Position numbers and translations under genes: made by a program
The notes under the pieces: generated by a model
Database searches by the model: none
The model's input: the letters and a program-made list of their open reading frames with translations, nothing else
What the model was told of the DNA's origin: nothing
DNA from: Bacteroidaceae bacterium
Lineage (GTDB): Bacteria > Bacteroidota > Bacteroidia > Bacteroidales > Bacteroidaceae
Reading direction: 5' to 3'
Assembly (NCBI GenBank): GCA_018054715.1
Contig: JAGPIY010000001.1
Coordinates: forward strand, 1 to 56,728
Length of the DNA: 56,728 bases
In this document: positions 18,665 through 27,788 of the stretch, one piece after another
Layout of the letters: every line of letters begins with the position of its first letter
How positions within the stretch are numbered: position 1 is the first letter of the stretch

Positions 18665-18754
18665 CAGCCCGAAAGGCATATGTTATAAAGTATGCATAAA
18701 GATAGCTAAACTGGGATAGGTAAAGGCGATTTAGCCAAAAAAATAAATTTAAGG

Positions 18755-20776
18755 ATGAGAAAGAATACTTTCTCCATTATTGTCTTTTGGATGACTTTGT
18801 GGGTGCTCTTTGCGGGTGGCTTGTCTGTTTATGGCAAAGATGCTTTGAGGCTACACTATTCTTTTGAAAAAGAAGGTATTGATGATAGTGGAAATGGATA
18901 TGATGCGCGTCTCTTAGGTGGCGCTTCTTTGGTGCGCTACCAAGAAGGGAAAGTGCTTTCTCTGCAGCGTCCTGCCGGATACCTTGATATGGGTGAAAAA
19001 GTAGGATCTCTTATTTCCTCATTAAAGGAAGAAGTAACCGTTTCTGTTTTAGTTTATTTTAACGAAGAAGTTGATTTACGTAAACCGGGTAGCGTACTTT
19101 GGAATTTTTCTCAGAGTGATATTCAACGAACTCAGCCTGCTAGTTTATTCGCGTTTTCTGCTTGTAAAAACAAAATTTCTGTAGAAAGAAATAAAGCTCC
19201 TTCTAATGGTATACAAGGTATACTGTTCGAGAGTGCTGAAAAAGTTTCGTCAGTAAATCCTCTCTCAACCACTATTTGGCATCAAATAGTGTATACACAG
19301 ATTGGTGCAGTTGGTACCTTATATATTGACGGTCTGCCTGTAGATACATTAAAGGTCGCTCGCTTGTCTGAACTAGGACAGACAAAGTTCAACTGGCTAG
19401 GACGTAGTGCTTATTCTAATGAGCCGTTATTGCAGGGGGCGCTTCTAGATGAGTTTTGTATTTATGATAAGGCTTTAAAGCCTTCAGAGATAAAATCTCA
19501 GTCTTCAAAAATATTGAAACAATATAACAAGAAGTTGACCGACATGGAGGTCGCACAATATTGTTTTGATCGATTAAATTTATATCCGGCTCCAACCGAC
19601 GTACACGAAAGTGTAAAACTTCCTTTCCATTTAGAAAAAGATGCGTTTGTGCAATGGGCTAGCTCTGATCCTTCTGTTCTTTCTAATCGAGGTAAAGTGG
19701 TGAAGCGTCCTGCGGTAGGCGAGCCTGCAAAGTCTGTTTTGCTTACGGCCACTATTTTTAGTGGAGAGGTGCAGTTGCAGAAGCAATTTAATGTGAATGT
19801 GGCTGCTCAGGAAGACTTTTCAAGTTATCTTCTCGTCTATTTTGATGACCCTACCCATAGCCTTTTTATGGCGCTGAGTGATGATGGTTATGTGTTTACT
19901 TCTTTAAATGACGGAAAGCCTGTTATGGCTGGTGATACCATTAGTGAACAAGGTGGTATTCGAGATCCTCATATTTTTCGCGCACCTGACGGAACGTTTT
20001 ATTTGGCTTTAACCGATTTGCATATTTTTGCTGATAAATGTGGCCGTACTACGGAATGGCAAAGGGATGGTAAATTATATGGTTGGGGAAACAATCGAGC
20101 ATTAGTTCTGCTAAAATCACGTGATCTGATTAATTGGCAGCGTACCATTTATCGTGTGGACTTAGCTTTTCCTGATAAATTTGGAGATATAGGTTGTGCA
20201 TGGGCTCCAGAAACAACTTGGGATTATGAGCGTAATCAATTGATGATTTATTTTACGATGCGGCATGGCAATGAGCCTAATAAAGTTTATTATGCTTATA
20301 TGAATGATGAATTCACGAAAATGATGACTGAGCCCAAATTATTATTTGAATACCCTGGCCAAACTACATATATTGATAGTGACATACAGTATATTGGTGG
20401 AAAATATCATCAATTTTATGTGGCGCACGATGGTACTCCCGGTATTAAACAAGCTATATCGGATAAAATCACTCAAGAATATGTGTATGATCCTGCGTGG
20501 TGTGATCCTGAGCCGATGGCTGCAGAAGCGCCTAATGCATGGCGTCGCATTAATACCGATAAATGGGTACTGATGTATGATATTTATGGCATTCAACCTC
20601 ATAATTTTGGATTTTCGGAAAGCACGGATCTTATTAATTGGAATAATTTAGGACGTTTTAATGAAGGCCAGATGCGTACTACTAATTTTAAATCACCTAA
20701 GCATGGAGCTGTCATTCATTTAAAAGCAAATGAGGCAGAACGTCTTCGCACATATTGGAATAATCATAAAAAGTAA
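18755..20776 (+). CDS. secreted LamG-like jelly-roll + Ig-like + GH43-like five-bladed propeller glycoside hydrolase
   Basis: Signal peptide. N-terminal LamG-type region ending LLDEFCIYDKALKPSEI. Ig-like segment VQWASSDPSVLSNRGKVVKRP...LLTATI. C-terminal region with GGIRDPHIFRAPDGTFYLALTD and WAPE, typical of GH43-type enzymes. Subfamily not determinable by eye. Confidence 0.55.
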   Translation: MRKNTFSIIVFWMTLWVLFAGGLSVYGKDALRLHYSFEKEGIDDSGNGYDARLLGGASLVRYQEGKVLSLQRPAGYLDMGEKVGSLISSLKEEVTVSVLVYFNEEVDLRKPGSVLWNFSQSDIQRTQPASLFAFSACKNKISVERNKAPSNGIQGILFESAEKVSSVNPLSTTIWHQIVYTQIGAVGTLYIDGLPVDTLKVARLSELGQTKFNWLGRSAYSNEPLLQGALLDEFCIYDKALKPSEIKSQSSKILKQYNKKLTDMEVAQYCFDRLNLYPAPTDVHESVKLPFHLEKDAFVQWASSDPSVLSNRGKVVKRPAVGEPAKSVLLTATIFSGEVQLQKQFNVNVAAQEDFSSYLLVYFDDPTHSLFMALSDDGYVFTSLNDGKPVMAGDTISEQGGIRDPHIFRAPDGTFYLALTDLHIFADKCGRTTEWQRDGKLYGWGNNRALVLLKSRDLINWQRTIYRVDLAFPDKFGDIGCAWAPETTWDYERNQLMIYFTMRHGNEPNKVYYAYMNDEFTKMMTEPKLLFEYPGQTTYIDSDIQYIGGKYHQFYVAHDGTPGIKQAISDKITQEYVYDPAWCDPEPMAAEAPNAWRRINTDKWVLMYDIYGIQPHNFGFSESTDLINWNNLGRFNEGQMRTTNFKSPKHGAVIHLKANEAERLRTYWNNHKK

Positions 20777-20788
20777 TTATATAAAAAG

Positions 20789-22810
20789 ATGAGAAAAAAA
20801 TATTATTATTTTCGGGACATCATGCTGTGCTTGATGTTAACGAGCCTTTTTGCGGCGTGTACTAATGACAGTATTGGTTCCGATAGCGCATATACCTTTA
20901 CAGGTGAAACGGTGACGCAGTATTTCGAGAGCAATCCGGCTGATTATAGTCTCTTTCTGCAAGTGCTCAATCGTGCTAAATTGCAAACTGATGGATCTGG
21001 TTCTACAATGGCTGCCCTTTTATCAACTTATGGTTCTTTTACTTGTTTTGCACCTGATAATGAAGCGATGGAAGCATATCTTAAAAAGAAAGGTCTTACT
21101 TCGGTTGATCAGATAACAGATTCCGCAGTGAATGTTATTGCTCGTATGCACTGCGTTTCTTCACCTTTAAATAATATTATCTATCTGACGCAAAATTTTA
21201 CGTCGAAACTTCCTGATTTGAATATGTATCAGAAGTCTATGTATCTTGAAGCTCAGGATGATAGCTATATTTTAAATAGTCAAGCTGTTATTACAGAAAA
21301 GGACATAGAGGTATATAATGGTGTAATACAACGTATTAATACTGTCCTTGAGGCTTCTGATGTGAAGTTGCTTGACTTTTTAAAGAGCGAGCCAAAATTC
21401 TCTCTGTTTGCTGATTTGGCTGAATATACTGATATTGCTTCACGTGTGTATTCACAAGTTGAGGATCTTGATTATGAATCAACTGGTAATACAGAAGATA
21501 TCAGTGGTGGAAAAACGGCAATTGCTCCTGAACATCGTTATCAATATTTTACTTGTTTTATTGAAACAAATGATGTGTTTAGCAAGCAAATATCATTGGC
21601 TGATGCTAAAACAAAATCCGATTCAATTAATGCAGTGAAAGTTTTTGCAAAAGATTGGTTTGAAAAAGCATATGCCGATGATCAAGAAACTTTGACTAAG
21701 GGACTTACTGAGGATTGGAAAGATGAGAATAACTATTTAAATCGCTTCGTGGCTTATCACTTTGTTAATAAGAAGATAGACCGAACTGATTTTAAAAACT
21801 ACGGCATTGGAATGGCAAGCGGCTATAATAAGTATACAGAGTATGCTGAAAGTTTGGCACCGAATCAGTTGATTCAAATGTCTGCAGGTAAATACGGTAA
21901 TTCTATAGATGCAAATCAGAATAGATTGCAGCTCAATCCTTCTGTCGATCAACAACCTACTACGGCTTCTCTTTATGCAAACTATGGTTGGACACGTCCT
22001 AAATCGGATGGAGTTTTCTTAACAGAAACGACGTCTGTTGAAACTGAGAATGGCTTTTTCCATCCTATTGATAGTATATTAACTTTCCCGCGTGCAAACT
22101 TTAAGCGCACAAGAATTCGTTTTGATATTACTAGTATGTTTCCTGAGATGATGAGTAACGGTTATCGTTGTCAGTATACGAATGGTAAGAATGTGAATTT
22201 CCAAAGTGGATACCTTACAAACATCACATTTAATTCAGTAGGCACTCAATTTATTTATCTAAATCCACAGAAAAGTGCATCTTATCCTTATTGGAGTAAC
22301 GTTCAAGGTGATGAGATGACGGCTTGGGGTGCTTTCGATATTACACTGCGTTTGCCTCCGGTACCTAAAGGTACATACGAAATTCGTTATGGATTTACTG
22401 TGGCAGGTAATCGTGGTTGTGGACAGTTCTATTTAGGCTCTTCTGCAGATAATATGAATGCTTGCGGAATTCCCATCGACTTAACAAAGAGTGCTACATC
22501 TTATGGTTGGGTAGCTGATACGAAGGGTGATGAAGATTATGACAATGATCGTGTTTTCCGTGCTCGTGGTTGGATGAAAGGTCCGAACTCATGGATTAGT
22601 GCAAATGGAACTAATACTACTACACTACGTGGCAATAATTTAGCTCTCCGTCGCATTGTTGGTACTATTGATTTGCAGAAGGATGGCAGTATTTATTTAC
22701 GTATTCGTAATGCAACTTCTTACGAACAAACTATGTTTATGATGGACTATTTGGAAATTTGTCCGGCTAGTGTCTATGATAATCCTGAAGTTTCTGAACC
22801 ACGCGATTAA
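20789..22810 (+). CDS. fasciclin (FAS1) domain lipoprotein with large uncharacterised C-terminal region
   Basis: Lipobox LFAAC. FAS1 motifs FTCFAPDNEAM and YNGVIQRINTVL. About 450 aa of C-terminal sequence that I cannot assign to a family. Confidence 0.6.
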   Translation: MRKKYYYFRDIMLCLMLTSLFAACTNDSIGSDSAYTFTGETVTQYFESNPADYSLFLQVLNRAKLQTDGSGSTMAALLSTYGSFTCFAPDNEAMEAYLKKKGLTSVDQITDSAVNVIARMHCVSSPLNNIIYLTQNFTSKLPDLNMYQKSMYLEAQDDSYILNSQAVITEKDIEVYNGVIQRINTVLEASDVKLLDFLKSEPKFSLFADLAEYTDIASRVYSQVEDLDYESTGNTEDISGGKTAIAPEHRYQYFTCFIETNDVFSKQISLADAKTKSDSINAVKVFAKDWFEKAYADDQETLTKGLTEDWKDENNYLNRFVAYHFVNKKIDRTDFKNYGIGMASGYNKYTEYAESLAPNQLIQMSAGKYGNSIDANQNRLQLNPSVDQQPTTASLYANYGWTRPKSDGVFLTETTSVETENGFFHPIDSILTFPRANFKRTRIRFDITSMFPEMMSNGYRCQYTNGKNVNFQSGYLTNITFNSVGTQFIYLNPQKSASYPYWSNVQGDEMTAWGAFDITLRLPPVPKGTYEIRYGFTVAGNRGCGQFYLGSSADNMNACGIPIDLTKSATSYGWVADTKGDEDYDNDRVFRARGWMKGPNSWISANGTNTTTLRGNNLALRRIVGTIDLQKDGSIYLRIRNATSYEQTMFMMDYLEICPASVYDNPEVSEPRD

Positions 22811-22847
22811 TAGAATAAAATAGAACGAAAGATAATTTAGATCTTTT

Positions 22848-22889
22848 AAAAAAGCAGAGGTGGAGAATGTTCTCCGCCTCTGCTTTTTT
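22848..22889. terminator. bidirectional Rho-independent terminator between the FAS1 gene and the GH2 gene
   Basis: Stem gcagaggtggagaa / ttctccgcctctgc (one G-T pair), flanked by an A-run at 22848-22853 and a T-run at 22884-22889. Confidence 0.8.
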
Positions 22890-22966
22890 ATTGTCTTAAA
22901 CGACTGATTAAATAATTTTGGTGTAAGTTCTATAGAGCTATTTTAGCTTTTCTTTCAGAACTTTTT

Positions 22967-25393
22967 TTAGAAGTTAACTTCTGTTTTTGTTAGCCAAGGG
23001 GCTGTGAACGTTGCTTTAACATCCCCCTTTCCGGTGCGTTGTATATAAGCTAGTAACTTCCCTCCATAAGCTTGTTTGTAAGGCTTACGTGAATTGCTCA
23101 TGTCATCGGGTTTCGAGTTTTCAAATGCAATGAAACGGGCGGGTCCCTCCAACTGACAGGTAATCGTTTCGTCTGCATTTGCTACTAGATGTCCTTCTTT
23201 ATCAATTATTTCTACCCATATTTGCGTAATCCCATCTTCTTTCTCTTTGTTTTCAGGTTGGGCTACTTTTGAGATACGTAGTGCTGCAGGGCGCTCTGGA
23301 GTATAGAGTGTCTGCTCTGCAACATTTTCTCCTTTGTTATAACCCTTAATTGAAAGAGTGCCTGCAGCATAAGGAATATCCCAGAATACAATCCCTTTGT
23401 CATCGTTGCGAGGAATTCTATTCCCTACAATTTTTCCATTGAGGTAGAGTTCTACTTCGTCACAATTGGTATAGCAAACCACACGAACTAGTTCTCCTTC
23501 TTCAAAAAGCCAGAGAGGAGAGGCATATTGTGAGAGCATAGAATTTCTTCTTGAGTTGCTCTTGGGGATACGATAAGCTCCTAGATATGCCATTGGTTTG
23601 TCGCTCCAAAGGGCTTGTCGGAAATAACCGTTTGGCTTTATATTTCCTGCTAGGTCGATTAATCCGGTCGTAAAACCTCGTGAAGGCCAAGAGCCGGCTT
23701 CGCCTAAATAATCTAGCCCAGTCCATAGAAATTGTCCGGAAATATAATTGTTATCTCGAACTGCTTTCCAAGCGTCCATGCTGTGCCCTGTTTCGCTTCC
23801 ATAAAGTATGCGTGAGGGGTATTGTTGATGATCTTGTGCATAGCGACTCTCGGTATAATTGTATCCTACAACGTCAAGTAAACCCGGATATTCCGTTTTA
23901 TTGCTCATTATGGGGCCGGCTAGTGCTCCAGTTACGGGGCGTGAGGTGTCCCATTGTTTTACAGCGGCTATTAAACGTTTTGCAATCTGTCCCATGCGAT
24001 TGGCATCGGGCAAATTAGGATGATATCCTTTTTCGTGCTGTTGCCCAATCCCTACAGAGTCTAATATGGGATGTGAATAAGGATCGTTGGGATAGTCAAC
24101 TTCATTTCCAATGCTCCATAAAATGATTGATGGGTGATTGCGATCACGTCGTATCATGTCTGCTATGTCACGTTGGCACCATTCATTGAAATAAGAGGCA
24201 GAACCTTGATGACTTGGTGTGCCTTGATTCCAACCTTCAACCCATTTTTTCTTTGGGAATTCCCATTCATCAAAAGCTTCGTCTTTTATCATGAGTCCTA
24301 TTTCGTCGCAGAGGTCATACAAATCGGGAGCTTGTGGATTATGACTAAGACGTAATGCGTTTATGCCCAGTGATTTTAACTTTAAAAGTCGGTCACGCCA
24401 AACTTCTTTTGGGACTGCACTTCCTAGGATGCCTGCATCGTGGTGGATACATACTCCTTTTAATTTAAGAGCTCTCCCATTTAATGAGAAGCCTTTATTG
24501 GCATCGAACTGTATTGTGCGAAGTCCAAGCGGTTGTATGGTTTCATCCAGTAGTTTACCATGGTTATATACGCGAGTGCGAAGTGAATATAAATAAGGTG
24601 AATCTAAGCTCCATAGTTTGGGATGAGAGAGTGCAAGAGTTTGCTGCTGTGATGTTATTCCGACTGAGCTTATTATGTTATTTTGTTGAGAAGCTACGAT
24701 TCTTCCGTTTGCATCAAGAATAGCTTGTTGTACTTGTATCTTTTCACTTATTAAATGATGGTTTTCAAGTGATGTCTCTATCTTAATGGTAGCTTTCTTA
24801 TCGGTAAGTCCTTTTATTTGATAACTCACTCCCCATTGAGCAATATGTACTTGTGGAGCGTATACTAAATAGACATCTCGATAAATGCCAGAACCTGTAT
24901 ACCATCGGCTATCAGCATCTTCTGAATGATTCACTCGTACAGCTACTATGTTGCTCCCCTTATAATGTAAATAAGGTGTGAGGTCATAGAGAAAACTTAA
25001 GTATCCATTGGGACGAAATCCTATTTTTTCTCCATTAATGTATACTTCACTATGATTATAAACTCCTTCAAAGTAAATATAAACGCGTTTTCCTTCCATT
25101 GAGTCGGGAAGTATAAAACTTTTACGGTACCATCCGATTCCACCTGGCAGATATCCGGTTGAGCTAGCTTTGTCTGGACTGCATGGATGCTCTATCGACC
25201 AGTCATGAGGGAGATTAAGAATTCTCCATTTTTCATCGTTTAATGTAGGAGAGGCTCCATCTTTAGCCTCTTTTTCTAGGAATCGCCAATTTTTTGTGAA
25301 TGATTCAGAGATACCGAATCCAGGTCCTTTTTGAGCATATAAATTACTAAAAGAGAGTACTGAAAGAAGAAGGAGGTTGGTTAAAAATTTCAT
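22967..25393 (-). CDS. glycoside hydrolase family 2 (beta-galactosidase-like)
   Basis: Signal peptide. GH2 sugar-binding, Ig-like and TIM-barrel regions. NHPSIILWSIGNEV holds the acid/base Glu context. Confidence 0.8.
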   Translation of the reverse strand: MKFLTNLLLLSVLSFSNLYAQKGPGFGISESFTKNWRFLEKEAKDGASPTLNDEKWRILNLPHDWSIEHPCSPDKASSTGYLPGGIGWYRKSFILPDSMEGKRVYIYFEGVYNHSEVYINGEKIGFRPNGYLSFLYDLTPYLHYKGSNIVAVRVNHSEDADSRWYTGSGIYRDVYLVYAPQVHIAQWGVSYQIKGLTDKKATIKIETSLENHHLISEKIQVQQAILDANGRIVASQQNNIISSVGITSQQQTLALSHPKLWSLDSPYLYSLRTRVYNHGKLLDETIQPLGLRTIQFDANKGFSLNGRALKLKGVCIHHDAGILGSAVPKEVWRDRLLKLKSLGINALRLSHNPQAPDLYDLCDEIGLMIKDEAFDEWEFPKKKWVEGWNQGTPSHQGSASYFNEWCQRDIADMIRRDRNHPSIILWSIGNEVDYPNDPYSHPILDSVGIGQQHEKGYHPNLPDANRMGQIAKRLIAAVKQWDTSRPVTGALAGPIMSNKTEYPGLLDVVGYNYTESRYAQDHQQYPSRILYGSETGHSMDAWKAVRDNNYISGQFLWTGLDYLGEAGSWPSRGFTTGLIDLAGNIKPNGYFRQALWSDKPMAYLGAYRIPKSNSRRNSMLSQYASPLWLFEEGELVRVVCYTNCDEVELYLNGKIVGNRIPRNDDKGIVFWDIPYAAGTLSIKGYNKGENVAEQTLYTPERPAALRISKVAQPENKEKEDGITQIWVEIIDKEGHLVANADETITCQLEGPARFIAFENSKPDDMSNSRKPYKQAYGGKLLAYIQRTGKGDVKATFTAPWLTKTEVNF

Positions 25394-25506
25394 GTTAGAA
25401 AGGTCTTAGTGAGGTCTAAATATTTAAAAAACGGATAGACTTAGAAAATAGTATCCTGAAATATTAAAAAAAGTGCAAATAAAACCGTGCTTCTTTTCTT
25501 TTTTTG

Positions 25507-25514
25507 TATCTTCG
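25507..25514 (+). promoter_or_regulatory. weak candidate -7 box TAtcTTCG (one mismatch) for the patatin gene
   Basis: GTATCTTCGC lies 32 nt upstream of the ATG at 25546. Confidence 0.3.
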
Positions 25515-25545
25515 CAACTAATTATCCTATCTATTTATTAACTGT

Positions 25546-27786
25546 ATGGGCGGAAAAGTTTTTTTTGCATTTCTTTCTTTTTTTTGTATCATAGCTTCCT
25601 TAAATTTAAACGCAGCTCAGATAGAAGGCAAGCTTTCCACTCAACGTAAGCGTGTAGCCGTCGTTTTGAGTGGAGGGGGAGCTCGGGGAGTAGCTCATAT
25701 CGGTGCTCTGAAAGTGATAGAGGAAGCTGGGCTTCCCATTGATTATATTGTAGGGACAAGTATGGGCTCTATAATTGCTGGGGTTTATGCAATAGGATAT
25801 ACTCCAAAACAGATGGATAGTGTAGTTCGAAATCAAGATTGGATGTATTTGCTTACAGATCGACCTAGTAGACAAGAAGCTCCTTATTCAACAAAGATGG
25901 AAAGTGATACGTATTTAATGTCTTTTCAACTAGGTAAAAATAAAGGAAAGAATCCGACTTCAGCTGGTTTAATAAAAGGACAGAATATTGATAACTTCTT
26001 TTTTAATTTGACTTTTGGCTATCACGATTCTATTGACTTCAATACTCTTCCTATTCCCTTTGCCTGTGTGGCAACTGACATTATTCACGCAAAAGAATAT
26101 GTTTTCCATAGTGGCGTTTTACCTGAGGCTATGCGCACAAGTATGACTATCCCAGCGATGTTTGCTCCAGTGCATAAAAGAGATATGATGCTTATTGATG
26201 GTGGAATCCTAAATAATTATCCGGTGGATGTGGCACGTGCTATGGGAGCTGATTTAATAATTGGAGTGGATGTGCAAGATGATGCTCGTACATCTGACCA
26301 AATTGTAGGAATGTCGGATGTCTTAAGCCAAGTAATCGATATGCTCAACGAGAAGAAACATCAACAGAATATTGCTAATACTGATGTCTATATAAAAGTT
26401 CCTGTAAAGGGATTTACTCAAGCTAGTTTTACTCCCTCGGCTATTGATTCACTTATTGAAAGAGGAGAACAGACAGCTCGCGCGCATTGGACTGATTTAA
26501 TTGCTTTGCGCAAGTCGGCTCTTTTGGATAGTGTGGATCGGTCTTCTCGTAAATCGTTTCAAGTATTGGCTGAGAATGATTCCTTCCCAGTGCATGAAAT
26601 TCATTTTGTTTCTACTTGTGGTGAAATAGATACTTCACGTTTGCTTAAATTAAGTTGTTTGAAGGAAGATGACCAAATGACAATGGCTAAGGTGCAGAAT
26701 GCGGTCGAACGTATGTATGCTACTGAGCAATTTGAAAATGTGAATTACAAATTAACCACAGTTGTGAATGGAGAATACAATCTTCTGTTTACACTAAAGC
26801 CAAAGAGAGAGAATCGTTTAAGGACTGGTTTACGCATTGATAATGAGGAAATTGCAAGTGTAATTTTGTCGGGCAGTATGAAACTGAATACACTTTTGCC
26901 TTCTCAGTTAACACTTACTGGACGCTTAGGGCAGCGTTCTTATGTACGAACTGACTATAATTGCTCTTTGGCTTATGGATTTATGCTCGATGTGGGGTAT
27001 ATGTTTCAATATAATGATGTGAATATATACCAGAACGGTGATCGTGCATATAACACGACTTATGCGTATCACTGGGGGAAACTTGGTTTTAGCGGAAATT
27101 GGGAACGTCAAATGCAATGGGGCTTAGGCTTACATCTTGAGAGTTATAAATATAAAGGAATGCTTTATACGTCAAAACAAGTAGATGCTGAAATACCTTC
27201 AGAAGATTATCTTAGTTATTATGGATTCCTTTATTATGATACGTTTAATAAACGCTATTTCCCGTCAAAAGGTGCTGTTCTAAAGCTGGACTATTCTTTG
27301 TATACTGATAATATGGTGTCTTATCATGATCAGTCGCCTTTTTCAGCATTTCAGTTTCAATACCGTGCAGCATTTAGTTTAACAGATCGTTTTACTTTGT
27401 TACCTTCTTTGTATGGACGATTTATAATAGGTCATAATGTGGCTTATCCTTATTATAATATGATTGGAGGTGATGTGGCAGGGCACTATTTTGCTCAGCA
27501 ACTTCCATTTGCGGGTGTTAATAATGTAGAGTTAAGCGAACGGAAGCTGGGTATTGCCTCTTTGCAATTACGTTATCGCATTTACAATCATTATTTTTCT
27601 TTTGTAGGGAACTATGGCATAGAGCACGACAAAATGGAGCGTTTCTTTTATAAAGGTAAGTCGTTAATGGGGGTGAATTTAAATTATGCTTATGAAAGTT
27701 TAATCGGCCCTATTCAGTTTACACTAAATTATTCTAATAAAACGAAACAGATAGGTTATTATCTAAATGTCGGATATGTTTTTTAA
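25546..27786 (+). CDS. patatin-like phospholipase fused to POTRA + Omp85-type beta-barrel (PlpD-like, type Vd architecture)
   Basis: Signal peptide. Patatin motifs SGGGARG, GTSMG (GxSxG), IDGG. A POTRA-like segment (VHEIHFVS...NVNYKL). An aromatic-rich C-terminal barrel ending in ...NVGYVF. Confidence 0.8.
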   Translation: MGGKVFFAFLSFFCIIASLNLNAAQIEGKLSTQRKRVAVVLSGGGARGVAHIGALKVIEEAGLPIDYIVGTSMGSIIAGVYAIGYTPKQMDSVVRNQDWMYLLTDRPSRQEAPYSTKMESDTYLMSFQLGKNKGKNPTSAGLIKGQNIDNFFFNLTFGYHDSIDFNTLPIPFACVATDIIHAKEYVFHSGVLPEAMRTSMTIPAMFAPVHKRDMMLIDGGILNNYPVDVARAMGADLIIGVDVQDDARTSDQIVGMSDVLSQVIDMLNEKKHQQNIANTDVYIKVPVKGFTQASFTPSAIDSLIERGEQTARAHWTDLIALRKSALLDSVDRSSRKSFQVLAENDSFPVHEIHFVSTCGEIDTSRLLKLSCLKEDDQMTMAKVQNAVERMYATEQFENVNYKLTTVVNGEYNLLFTLKPKRENRLRTGLRIDNEEIASVILSGSMKLNTLLPSQLTLTGRLGQRSYVRTDYNCSLAYGFMLDVGYMFQYNDVNIYQNGDRAYNTTYAYHWGKLGFSGNWERQMQWGLGLHLESYKYKGMLYTSKQVDAEIPSEDYLSYYGFLYYDTFNKRYFPSKGAVLKLDYSLYTDNMVSYHDQSPFSAFQFQYRAAFSLTDRFTLLPSLYGRFIIGHNVAYPYYNMIGGDVAGHYFAQQLPFAGVNNVELSERKLGIASLQLRYRIYNHYFSFVGNYGIEHDKMERFFYKGKSLMGVNLNYAYESLIGPIQFTLNYSNKTKQIGYYLNVGYVF

Positions 27787-27788
27787 TG

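Noticed and set aside
25546-27786. The patatin-like phospholipase as a CBASS or other anti-phage effector.
   Set aside because: It has a signal peptide and an Omp85 barrel. There is no adjacent cyclase, sensor or other defence gene, and its neighbours are priA and GH2.
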